DNA of 64,000 nucleotides from an uncultured Marinilabiliaceae bacterium (GTDB lineage: Bacteria; Bacteroidota; Bacteroidia; Bacteroidales; Marinilabiliaceae), in NCBI GenBank assembly GCA_964588595.1, contig CAZPPW010000001.1, positions 306 to 64,305 on the forward strand, given 5' to 3'. Each line of letters starts with the position of its first letter. The first letter of the stretch is position 1. Positions 35,951 to 44,786 of this stretch are shown piece by piece. The notes under the pieces were generated by a model. The model searched no databases and was not told where the DNA came from. It saw nothing but the letters and a program-made list of their open reading frames with translations. The position numbers and the translations under genes are program-made.

Positions 35951-38900
35951 CTACTTTATGACGACCCTCGTGGAGTAGTTGTCGGCACGCAGGATGTAGA
36001 TGCCCGACCTGAGCGTCATGACATCGCCATTGGTGCTTGCCACACGGCGACCCGTGAGGTCGAACGCCTCCTTAACCTTACCCTCGGCACCCGTGAACGT
36101 CACCTTATTGCCATCGATAGCCACAGAGAAGGTGGCATCGTCGACATCGCTGAGGCTTGTCTTCACGAACGAGACTTTAAGTGTCTCACCTGCCTTGTAG
36201 GTGAGGGTGGTAGAGCTTGCGCCCGGCGCTATGGTCGTGCTGCCGAGCATGATGCTGACAGGGGTCTTGGTGTACTCGATAGTAATCTCTGAGCCACCGT
36301 TGGCGAACGTAGGAGCAGAGGTTATGCAATCCTCACCCTCAACCTCGTAGTTGACCTTATAGAGAGCCTTATCTGTGCTGGTGGCGGTCACTGGCACACG
36401 TGTGCCTTGCGCCCACTTGGCGGTATACTCGCCCGTGAAGCCCTTACCCGCATAGTTGAGCCAGCATGCCACGAGACCGTTCTTGAACTCATCGTCGTCG
36501 AACGAGACCTCACTCTCTTGGAAGCGAGCCGCATCGAAGTCGACGGCATTAGTGAACGACTTGTTGCCATTATTGTTGCGCACAGCCACCTTGTTATTAG
36601 AGTTCGACTTCCTCTTATTCTCGCCTGTGCAGAGGTTCTGCTTGAAGGCTATGAGACGTTTGTTGCCTTCTGTCTCAACGTCGTAAGGATAGAAGAAGCC
36701 GGTGAGGTCGCCATCATTCTTATCAACGAAGACTATGCAGACTACCAACTCCTTGCCATTCGTAGTCTTATAGTCACTTAACAGGTTGTTGTACACATCC
36801 TCGTCCATGACGATTGAGCCAGAGAATGCCACATTGTTGAGCGAGCCCATATTGTTGGAGGCGAGGACGCTAACATAGACCGTATCAGCATCGCCCGTAG
36901 TGTTGGTGCTCACACGGTAGGAGGTATTTCTCGGGTCGACATAGAACACAGCGTCACTCAGGACGAGGTCGTTGATCACGCCACCCTTGGCAATAGTGTT
37001 GAAGAGACCAGCGGACTGCACGGAGAGGTTCTCAATGGACGAAGCGTTCATTGTGCCAGAGTAGGACGGTATGGTGGGGAGCACCTCGAGAGTCTCGCTG
37101 ACATTGTCGGCAGTGATATTCTCAACGTCGAGTTCTATCGGCTTATAGACAACGCTCTTCGTGATGTTGACATCCGCACTCTGGAGGAGGCTTGAGTTCT
37201 CGTCGCCAAGCACCTCGAAGAGACCCATGATGCTTGCCGAGTCGGTGGCTGCGATAGTGTATTTATCATCAATGCCCTTCTCCACATCGACTGTGCGGTT
37301 GTGCATACTCGGGATGGGGTAACGATAGATGTTATTGTTGCCAGCTTCGTACGTTGCGGGCTGGTTGAACGTCCAGAGGGAGGGGTCGACAAAGAAGGAG
37401 ATGGTGGTATCGGCGGCCCAACGAACTTGACCCGAAGTCGCATCGTTGATAGCCTCTTTGAGGGTAGAGGGAGTAACCCAGTAATCTTCGCTGCTGAGAG
37501 ATATAGGCGAGCTGTCAGCACTGCTATTAGAGAACTTCAGATTGGCAGTCTCCCAGGTAGAGAACTTGATAGTGCTCGAAGGAGGAATCACTACGACACC
37601 GACATTTGCCGCCTCACCACTGTAGGCGGAGACAGCGCCGATAGCAATATTTGCGCTACTCTCTTGCGCCGCAGACAAGCTATATGTGATTTCAATCCCA
37701 TCACTTGCCGAGAAGTCGATAGGATTGGTATCCGTAGAGGTCTCGCCCACATAGATATCGGAAATCTGACCATTATTGACAGCTGCGACATTGGAGATGT
37801 AGAAGGAGTTGAGGGCATTTTCCGTCCTGAACCCTGTTGTCTCAGTGCTACTGCTGAAGCTCGTGGTGATATTGGAGGACTGGATGAGTCCATAGTTCTT
37901 GCCCACAAGACCACCAATATAGACATCGGACGCGGAGATCGCCGACTCCAAGTCGACACTGATTGTGCCCTCGAACCAAACACTCTTGATGATGCCACAG
38001 TTGACACGAGCGAGACCACCGAACCCAGACGTGCTGGCCGCAAGCGAAGAGACGATGGCAGTGTTATAGATGCCACCCTTTGCGCTGATGCTATCTACAA
38101 GAGGCACACTGAGACGAGAAGAGTTGGCATTGCCGATGGTGTGACCGTCGCCATAGAGATTGACATCGAGGACAGACATCGTGGTGAAATTCGACACCGT
38201 GTCGGGGTCGCACGTGAGGCGTATACCCTCGATAGAGACCGACTCATCATCGAGAGCGTAGACTATATTGTTCCAATCGTAGGGACAGCTGACGAGAGCT
38301 TCCCCCTTAGCGTTAAGCTTAAACTTATCAGAGTAGTTGGACGCAGAGGCGAAACCGGCAGGCACAGGCGCACGATAGGTGAGCGTAGCCTTATGCTCAG
38401 CAGGGTAGTTGAAGCCCCATTTCTCTGCGTCGGTGAACAAGCTGGAGAAGTCGGAGTAGACAGGCCACGTCTTGGAAAGCTCGGTCATGGTCATAGTTTC
38501 CTCTGCCTGCAGGAAAGAGGCACTTGTGGTTACTGAATTGACTTCCTGCGCAATAGTGCCACTTATAGCGCTGTCGTAGCTGTCCCCATATAAACCCTTG
38601 ACGCAATAGACATTAGATGGAGTACCTGTGCCAGAGGCGATAGACTGAAGTGCCACAGCAAAGATATCTTGTGTAGATGAAAGATCCGTGACGGTCAGGG
38701 TCAAGCTAAGCTTGAGGGGTAGCGACTCCTGAAATTCAGAGTGCCAACCGCCATCATCGTAATAACGTATATTGTCGACCATCACATCCTTGACTTCGCC
38801 ATTGTTACGCGCCATAAGACCGCCGAAAAGCACTGCGCCTGGGCAAAGTGAGGTGGATACGCTTCCCTCCGTCTCAATAAGGCGGGTGTTGGCATAGAGG

Positions 38901-40693
38901 TTGGAGACAGTGCCATTGTTACGCCCTATCACGCCACCTATGGCGATAGTATCACCCGCGGTGAAATACGACCCGAGAATACCAGCAAGGCTATTCTCAA
39001 CAGTACCCTCAACCATACAGTTCTCCACCGTACCGTTGTTCACATTGGCGAGGAGACCAAACACAGGATAGGCGGTGTTCTTCTGCGTAGCAGTGCTATT
39101 GACGGAGATGTTCTGAACCGTCGCCCCCTTGCCAATAACATCGAAGAAGGCGTGACCCGTGACCGTGTCCTGGACAACGTCAGCGGTGACCGTCTTGTAG
39201 TTGCCATCGATAGTCATGCCATTACCGAGATTGCGAACCATGTAGATCATCTCGTTGCTGGCACCAATATTATCAGAGAGCGTGGCAGTAGTGAGGCCAT
39301 TCTCGAAGGCATCGGAGAGGTGGTTCCACTGGTCGACGGTAGAGACGTTGGCCTGATTGTCAACTACCGACAACGTGCCAAGGCTCACACTCTTGCCCAT
39401 TGCCGGGACAGGAGAACGGTAGAGCGGCTCGGTCATACAGCTATACTTCATGCTGTCACGCTCAAACCACGTACGGTCGAAGAGCCACTCGGAGGAGTTG
39501 GAGAATGGAATCTCAGAGACCGCGGGGAACTTAGAGGAGAGCTGGGTGAAGCTATCCAAACTGGTGACATCTTCGCCCTTATACTCAATCGTGCCGCATG
39601 CGACGGTAATCACGGGCACCACAGTAGCATTGAAAAAAGCACTGTTCGACTCATTGTATATGCCGCCATGGCAACAAATATTCGTGATGTTGCCACCAGC
39701 GTTATTAGCCACGGCAAGCGACACCTTGACCCCTATCTCGCCATCAGTGCTACCAGCAGTAAGATTGAGTTTCTCGCTTATCCCATCGCCATCTGTCGTG
39801 TTTTGGGAACTGTAAATCTGCTTAGGCTCGAGATCCGTGCTGTAATCATTGGTGAAGTCGACGAAGATGTTGTAGATGTTGTCAGTCCCCTCGGTGCCGA
39901 TATTACTACCGGCAATCGTTCCCACGTAGATATTAGAGGGACCATTAGAGGGATTAGTGTTGCTATCGTTTGGCTGCAAGTCAATATGAGCCTTGACGTA
40001 AGTATCGCTAATCGTGCCAGTGTTAAGACCAACAATACCACCAACAGCGATATTATACTGACCCCCAAGCGCCGAAATCATATCTTGAAGCGGAGCCTGG
40101 AGTGTACCCTTGACGATACAGTCCTGGATCGTGCCACCGTTAGTCTCCGCAAGGATACCCAAGCAGGTGACGGCTGTGGAGCAAGGGACGACCGCCGTCG
40201 AAGTCTCCACAATAAGGTTAGACACCGACGCCCCCTCATCGATATTCTCAAACACAGGGTATGTGACGCCACTCAGCGTATTACCATTGCCATCGAAAGG
40301 GACGCTAAGAGTGAGACTCTTGTTGCCCGTCATCTCGTTCTGCTCACCATCAGTGCTCGTCTCGGTGAACGTTGATTCATTGAAATTGAAAGAGGCGTCG
40401 AGCTCAATAGAACTGACTGAGCTTATAAAGTCAGCTTCGCTATTGCTGAACTTGAGCGCTATGGCATTCCAACCATCGGCACTCGTGATATGAAGCACCT
40501 CACCTACAACTTCATATCCATCCCCCGAAATACTCGTTCCGTCGCCCGTAGTAGACGTGCCCCCCTCATCACCACTACTGGCAAAGAGCGAGGAGAAGAC
40601 AGCGCCACCCACCGACGCCGTAGAAGCGTAGCCCGTCAAGCCCAACAGGGCCGCCGCGCTCACTAAAGCCAAAGTCTTGAATTTCCTGTTCAT
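35951..40693 (-). CDS. giant GLUG-motif surface protein, T9SS cargo
   Basis: Signal peptide. At least 9 GLUG-like motifs (GIVGLNTGTISDTYV, GVIGRNNGTVSNLYA, GGLVGKNYGLIQSSNI and others). Three roughly 350-aa modules. C-terminal ...FDLTGRRV...GIYILRA...VVIK sorting tail. Confidence 0.75.
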   Translation of the reverse strand: MNRKFKTLALVSAAALLGLTGYASTASVGGAVFSSLFASSGDEGGTSTTGDGTSISGDGYEVVGEVLHITSADGWNAIALKFSNSEADFISSVSSIELDASFNFNESTFTETSTDGEQNEMTGNKSLTLSVPFDGNGNTLSGVTYPVFENIDEGASVSNLIVETSTAVVPCSTAVTCLGILAETNGGTIQDCIVKGTLQAPLQDMISALGGQYNIAVGGIVGLNTGTISDTYVKAHIDLQPNDSNTNPSNGPSNIYVGTIAGSNIGTEGTDNIYNIFVDFTNDYSTDLEPKQIYSSQNTTDGDGISEKLNLTAGSTDGEIGVKVSLAVANNAGGNITNICCHGGIYNESNSAFFNATVVPVITVACGTIEYKGEDVTSLDSFTQLSSKFPAVSEIPFSNSSEWLFDRTWFERDSMKYSCMTEPLYRSPVPAMGKSVSLGTLSVVDNQANVSTVDQWNHLSDAFENGLTTATLSDNIGASNEMIYMVRNLGNGMTIDGNYKTVTADVVQDTVTGHAFFDVIGKGATVQNISVNSTATQKNTAYPVFGLLANVNNGTVENCMVEGTVENSLAGILGSYFTAGDTIAIGGVIGRNNGTVSNLYANTRLIETEGSVSTSLCPGAVLFGGLMARNNGEVKDVMVDNIRYYDDGGWHSEFQESLPLKLSLTLTVTDLSSTQDIFAVALQSIASGTGTPSNVYCVKGLYGDSYDSAISGTIAQEVNSVTTSASFLQAEETMTMTELSKTWPVYSDFSSLFTDAEKWGFNYPAEHKATLTYRAPVPAGFASASNYSDKFKLNAKGEALVSCPYDWNNIVYALDDESVSIEGIRLTCDPDTVSNFTTMSVLDVNLYGDGHTIGNANSSRLSVPLVDSISAKGGIYNTAIVSSLAASTSGFGGLARVNCGIIKSVWFEGTISVDLESAISASDVYIGGLVGKNYGLIQSSNITTSFSSSTETTGFRTENALNSFYISNVAAVNNGQISDIYVGETSTDTNPIDFSASDGIEITYSLSAAQESSANIAIGAVSAYSGEAANVGVVVIPPSSTIKFSTWETANLKFSNSSADSSPISLSSEDYWVTPSTLKEAINDATSGQVRWAADTTISFFVDPSLWTFNQPATYEAGNNNIYRYPIPSMHNRTVDVEKGIDDKYTIAATDSASIMGLFEVLGDENSSLLQSADVNITKSVVYKPIELDVENITADNVSETLEVLPTIPSYSGTMNASSIENLSVQSAGLFNTIAKGGVINDLVLSDAVFYVDPRNTSYRVSTNTTGDADTVYVSVLASNNMGSLNNVAFSGSIVMDEDVYNNLLSDYKTTNGKELVVCIVFVDKNDGDLTGFFYPYDVETEGNKRLIAFKQNLCTGENKRKSNSNNKVAVRNNNGNKSFTNAVDFDAARFQESEVSFDDDEFKNGLVACWLNYAGKGFTGEYTAKWAQGTRVPVTATSTDKALYKVNYEVEGEDCITSAPTFANGGSEITIEYTKTPVSIMLGSTTIAPGASSTTLTYKAGETLKVSFVKTSLSDVDDATFSVAIDGNKVTFTGAEGKVKEAFDLTGRRVASTNGDVMTLRSGIYILRADNYSTRVVIK

Positions 40694-40751
40694 TGGTATA
40701 TGGGTATTATGTTTCTGTTTTGTGACGACGGGACAACATCCCGCCCATGTC

Positions 40752-40759
40752 CAAAATTA
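40752..40759 (-). promoter_or_regulatory. -7 promoter box TAATTTTG upstream of the giant gene
   Basis: TAnnTTTG match about 59 nt upstream of the ATG at 40693. Confidence 0.4.
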
Positions 40760-40933
40760 GCCTCTACGCGTCCATCGCACTTGCGCAAATGATACAAAAA
40801 GTATCACTAAACGTACAGACACATATAGCACTGTGCCTAATATACGGAGCTAAAGATATAAAAGTTCCACAATATATCCTAACTTCTCCACGACTATCCG
40901 CACCGCCCATAAGAACCCCCAAATGGGGCTTTA

Positions 40934-41006
40934 ATGCTACTTGCATGCTCCCTGCATGCTCCAACGATGCTCCAACGATGCTCCGCGGATGCATGCCAGA
41001 TGCTCC
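40934..41006 (+). repeat. 7 x 11-bp phased heptamer array ATGCTCC-N4 (two degenerate units)
   Basis: Units start at 40934, 40945, 40956, 40967, 40978, 40989 and 41000. Confidence 0.9.
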
Positions 41007-41184
41007 GCGACACGAATCCACTTCCTCGTAAGAAAACAAATCCATTTTTCCCGCAATGTTTATTCCACAATCCTACAGCCTTCCTACAAAAATCCCAAAT
41101 CCCACACCTCTCGCATCGCCCATTTCTCAGTCGTGAGTGTGACGAATACCCCCATTTGCGATTTTTCATGTTAATAAACAAAAA
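40934..41184 (+). repeat. dispersed intergenic repeat, copy B (homologous to 31276-31671)
   Basis: Same ordered sequence blocks as copy A. Confidence 0.75.
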
Positions 41185-41265
41185 CACAAGCACGGCAAAC
41201 AATCTAACTAACTGACACTCACCAAAATAACCATTTCGCACGTCCCAACAACGAACGTCGCCCGC

Positions 41266-41301
41266 CAGAAAACAGAAAACCTCGAGATTCACATCTCGAG
41301 G
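41266..41301 (-). terminator. intrinsic terminator (perfect 9-bp stem)
   Basis: CCTCGAGAT-TCAC-ATCTCGAGG at 41280-41301. On the - strand it is followed by TTTTCTGTTTTCTG. Confidence 0.8.
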
Positions 41302-41549
41302 CTGAGAAAAAAAGCAACTCTAAGTGTCAGGTTTACTCGTTATCTTGGAATAGTAGTGCCACTCTCACAAAGCCGCCCTATCGCGACATACAATAGAACC
41401 AACGCCGACGCGAGCTATAAAGAGGAGGCTCGCAGCCTGGACATGCCGGCGGTTCCCTCAGCACAAAGTGCTCCGCATAGTGTTTTTTTTGATAGTTACT
41501 GATTAAGGAAAACATACAGCCCAAAACGGAAGCTTGCTGCTTTCTTGTT
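41266..41549 (-). ncRNA. candidate structured small RNA, unclassified
   Basis: Bounded by the TATCTTTG -7 box (41556-41563) and the terminator (41266-41301). Contains nested helices (GCGAGC/GCTCGC inside CGCCGGC/GTCGGCG inside GAACC/GGTTC). The only ORF is an unconvincing 45 codons. Confidence 0.35.
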
Positions 41550-41555
41550 ACAGTG

Positions 41556-41563
41556 CAAAGATA
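41556..41563 (-). promoter_or_regulatory. -7 promoter box TATCTTTG
   Basis: Exact TAnnTTTG match 70 nt downstream of the regulator stop, facing the candidate sRNA. Confidence 0.4.
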
Positions 41564-41632
41564 GGGGTAGAAGTGGCCGCGGAGTTATAACAAACCGTAC
41601 AACGAACAACGCAAAACGTACATATTGCCACT

Positions 41633-44554
41633 TTATGGCAGAATATCATCCATCGAGGCGCGCTCCTGATTGTCAGCACGATACTGCGACGGAGTGACAC
41701 CGGTCTCTCTCTTGAATATGGAACTGAAATAGGCCACGCTGTCCACGCCGCACTCCATGGCAATGTCGCCAATGGGCATGTCGGTCGTGGTGAGAAGTTC
41801 TTTGGCGCGGGCGGTGCGCAGCTGCTTGACGAGGTTCGACGTGCTCATGCCGCACAGCGCGTTGACCTTGCGGTTCAGCTGGTGGCGAGTGATGCAGAGC
41901 TTGTCTGCCACGGCGGTGAGGTCCACCTCGCCCTTGGGCATCATGGCGCGTATAGTGTTGACTATCTTGCTTAGATATTCAGCGTCTATGGCGGTAATCT
42001 CGGGTCGCGCGTCGGCCTTGGGCGTCTCCGTGGCGGGCGCCTCGCCCTTGGCTGGCGTCTCGGACGCGGGCTGTGCCTTGGGCGATGCCGGTTTCTGCGG
42101 CTCAGGCTCTACGGCCATTTGCGAATATATCGAGCGCAGTCGGCGGCGGCTCTCAAGCAGCTTCTCCACAAGGAGCGTCAACTCGTCGGCATGAAACGGC
42201 TTCTCAAGATATGCGTCAGCGCCAGCCTTGAAGCCCGCCAGACGGTCGTCGTGCGCTGTCTTGGCGGTGACCATGATCAGAGGGATATGGGCGGTGATCT
42301 GCGTGCCGCGCACAAGGCGGCAAAGGTCTATGCCATTAATGCCGGGCATCATGACGTCCGAGATGATGAGGTCGGGCAACATCTCCTGAGCCTTAGCCCA
42401 ACCCGCCTCGCCGTCGGGCGCATACACCACGCGGTGCCGCCCCGATAGCTGCTTGCCTACGAAATACGCCACGTCGGGGTTGTCCTCAATGACGAGTACT
42501 GTGGTCGACAGCTCATCGCTCTCCGGGTCGTCAGTAGGCATGGCCGACTTGCCTGCCGCGGCGGGCGCGTCGCCAATGGCGCACGTGGTGAGGGGTTGCG
42601 CCTCGGGATGGCTGGCGCCAGTGGGTATAGTTATGGTGAAGGTGCTACCCGCTCCAATCGCGCTGCGCAAACTCATATTCCAGCCCATAGCCTCCGTCGC
42701 GCCCTTCACCAAAGACAACCCTATGCCCGTGCCAATACTGCGCGAATCGTTCTGCGCCTGATAGAATGGCTCGAATATATGACGCTGCTGCTCGGCCGAC
42801 ATGCCGCACCCCGTGTCGACAACCGACATCACGATATAGTCCGCGGCCTGCGTCAACGACAAGGTCACACTCCCACCGTCGGGCGTGAACTTCAACGCGT
42901 TAGAGATAAGGTTGCGGCAGATGCGCTCGGCATAGTCGGGCACCACGTCGGCCTCACCCTCAGCCTCGTTCCTTATGACGAGCTTTATGCCCCTCGCCGC
43001 CGCCATATTGACATACCCGCCCGCTATATTGGCCATCAGCTCCGCCACCTTGCCGCGCCGCCACGTGGGGGCATTAACCTGCCCGCCCTGCTTCAGCTTG
43101 GCAATGTCAAGCAACTGGTTTATAAGGCTCAACAGACTTGCGCTCTGCGAGTTTATGGTGCGGGCGTCGTGAGCGTCGTCAGTGCCGCCCCCCGAGCGTT
43201 TCAGTATGTCGTCGGCAGCGGCGATGATAACCGTCAGAGGGGTGCGAAACTCATGCGTTATGTTCGTGAAGAACCGGTCCTTGGCTTGCTGCAAGTCGGC
43301 CGCCATGGCTTGCTGCCTTTTGCGCACCCGTAGCCAATAGGCGGTCATGGCAAGCAGAGAGCCCACCACAACAAGCATAGCCGTAAGAATGGATATGCTC
43401 ATCACCTTCTCCTGACGTTGCACGAGAGCCTGCTTCTCGGCCTCCTCCACACGCGACTGCTGGCGCGAGCGTTCTATATTTAGCCTCACGTTCTGTACGT
43501 CGTTGATGGTCTTATTGCTCACAAGGCTGTCCGATAGCTGGTCGGCCTTGCGGAAAGCATCCAGGGCATGGCGCGTGTCGCCCAGACGGTCATACACCTC
43601 ATAATAGAGCTTGTATATGTCGGCGAGATGCTCCACAGAGCCTATGCGTTGCGCCGTCGCCTTGGCTTGCTCCAGATAGTGCAACGCCATAGCGTAGGCG
43701 CCAGCCGACATGTTGACACGTGCCATGGCGAGGCACGGTGTCAAGGCGTGCCACTCGTCCTTGCTGCCGTTAAGCAACTGATAGGCCGCCTCATATTGGT
43801 CAATAGCGTCCGACAGCTGACCCCGCTTCTCGCATAGCTGACCCCGATATGTGTGGCACAAGGCAATGCCAAGCGTAGACCCCACTTGCACGTTGAGGGC
43901 CATGGATGTGTCATAATAAACGTCGGCAGAGTCCAGCCTGCCCTGACTCTCGAATATACTCCCTATATTGGCATAGTTAATGGCCATGCCAAGTTTAGAG
44001 CCGAGCCGACTCTCTCCCTTCAGCGCACGCCGCAGGCAATGCTCCGCCTGGGTGTAGTTGTTGAGGGTCATATAGACGTTGCCAAGGCCATTGAGAGCCA
44101 CCACGCGCGCCTTTATGGCGAGTGAGTCGTCGGCAGGCAGATGCTCGGCGGCATCAAGGGCTTTATAGTGGAAATCGGTGGCCTGCGGCATAAGGCCTAT
44201 GCGCCGATACACCGTCCCAAGGTTGTTGAGCGTCTGCGCAAGGAGCAGGCTGTCGTTGCTCTTCTCGGCGGCCACGAGGGCTATATTGTGCGAGGTTATG
44301 GATTGCGCGAAGCGGCTCGCGTCGCGGTATGTCTTCCCAAGGCGGTTGGAGGCAAGGCAGAGGGTGGGATAGTCGCCCACCTGTTGCGCCTCGTTGATGA
44401 TGGCTTTGAGCGACGACGTGTCGGCGGGCAAGGAGTCGCTATGGTGCTTTGGCGTGCGCTTGCATTCATCTTGCTGGCACGAAGACAGCAAGACAAGGGA
44501 GAGGACTACGAAGAGTATGGGGAGGACCTGCGTTGCAGAGTGTCTGGGAGGCAT
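41633..44554 (-). CDS. hybrid sensor histidine kinase / response regulator with TPR sensor and AraC-type HTH output
   Basis: Lipoprotein-like N-terminus, a TPR array, one TM segment, HisKA (FFTNITHEFRTPL), HATPase, receiver (DVMMPGINGIDL) and a C-terminal AraC HTH. Confidence 0.85.
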   Translation of the reverse strand: MPPRHSATQVLPILFVVLSLVLLSSCQQDECKRTPKHHSDSLPADTSSLKAIINEAQQVGDYPTLCLASNRLGKTYRDASRFAQSITSHNIALVAAEKSNDSLLLAQTLNNLGTVYRRIGLMPQATDFHYKALDAAEHLPADDSLAIKARVVALNGLGNVYMTLNNYTQAEHCLRRALKGESRLGSKLGMAINYANIGSIFESQGRLDSADVYYDTSMALNVQVGSTLGIALCHTYRGQLCEKRGQLSDAIDQYEAAYQLLNGSKDEWHALTPCLAMARVNMSAGAYAMALHYLEQAKATAQRIGSVEHLADIYKLYYEVYDRLGDTRHALDAFRKADQLSDSLVSNKTINDVQNVRLNIERSRQQSRVEEAEKQALVQRQEKVMSISILTAMLVVVGSLLAMTAYWLRVRKRQQAMAADLQQAKDRFFTNITHEFRTPLTVIIAAADDILKRSGGGTDDAHDARTINSQSASLLSLINQLLDIAKLKQGGQVNAPTWRRGKVAELMANIAGGYVNMAAARGIKLVIRNEAEGEADVVPDYAERICRNLISNALKFTPDGGSVTLSLTQAADYIVMSVVDTGCGMSAEQQRHIFEPFYQAQNDSRSIGTGIGLSLVKGATEAMGWNMSLRSAIGAGSTFTITIPTGASHPEAQPLTTCAIGDAPAAAGKSAMPTDDPESDELSTTVLVIEDNPDVAYFVGKQLSGRHRVVYAPDGEAGWAKAQEMLPDLIISDVMMPGINGIDLCRLVRGTQITAHIPLIMVTAKTAHDDRLAGFKAGADAYLEKPFHADELTLLVEKLLESRRRLRSIYSQMAVEPEPQKPASPKAQPASETPAKGEAPATETPKADARPEITAIDAEYLSKIVNTIRAMMPKGEVDLTAVADKLCITRHQLNRKVNALCGMSTSNLVKQLRTARAKELLTTTDMPIGDIAMECGVDSVAYFSSIFKRETGVTPSQYRADNQERASMDDILP

Positions 44555-44700
44555 GGGGTGGCAAGTAGAAAATTGCTTTTATGAGGGATGGCACGGAGGC
44601 TTGTACGAACGTGAGGGAGGGTTTGTTTTGCTAAGATAGGCAAAAATGGCAAAGAGCGAGCAGGAGCAAGGCAAAAAGCCACCACGCCAGTAATAAGAAA

Positions 44701-44736
44701 GCAGCCCCTCGGAGAGTTGGTCTCACGAGGGACTGC
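44701..44736 (-). terminator. hairpin ending the PUL enzyme/transporter operon
   Basis: 11-bp stem GCAGCCCCTCG / CGAGGGACTGC with one mismatch. On the - strand it is followed by TTTCTTATT. Confidence 0.6.
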
Positions 44737-44786
44737 GGTAAAACAGCTAAGCTAAAAAACTGAAAATGCAGTGGTTGGGGGGAAGG

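Noticed and set aside
37301-40375. Two + strand ORFs of about 410 aa (37301-38536 and 39152-40375)
   Set aside because: Both are antisense to the 1580-aa surface-protein gene, which has a signal peptide, internal repeats and a sorting tail. The antisense translations have no recognisable features.
41378-41515. 45-codon ORF (MFSLISNYQKKHYAEHFVLREPPACPGCEPP...) inside the candidate sRNA
   Set aside because: There is no signal peptide, TM segment or complete zinc-binding motif. It overlaps the strongest predicted helices. It is kept only as an alternative explanation in the sRNA finding.
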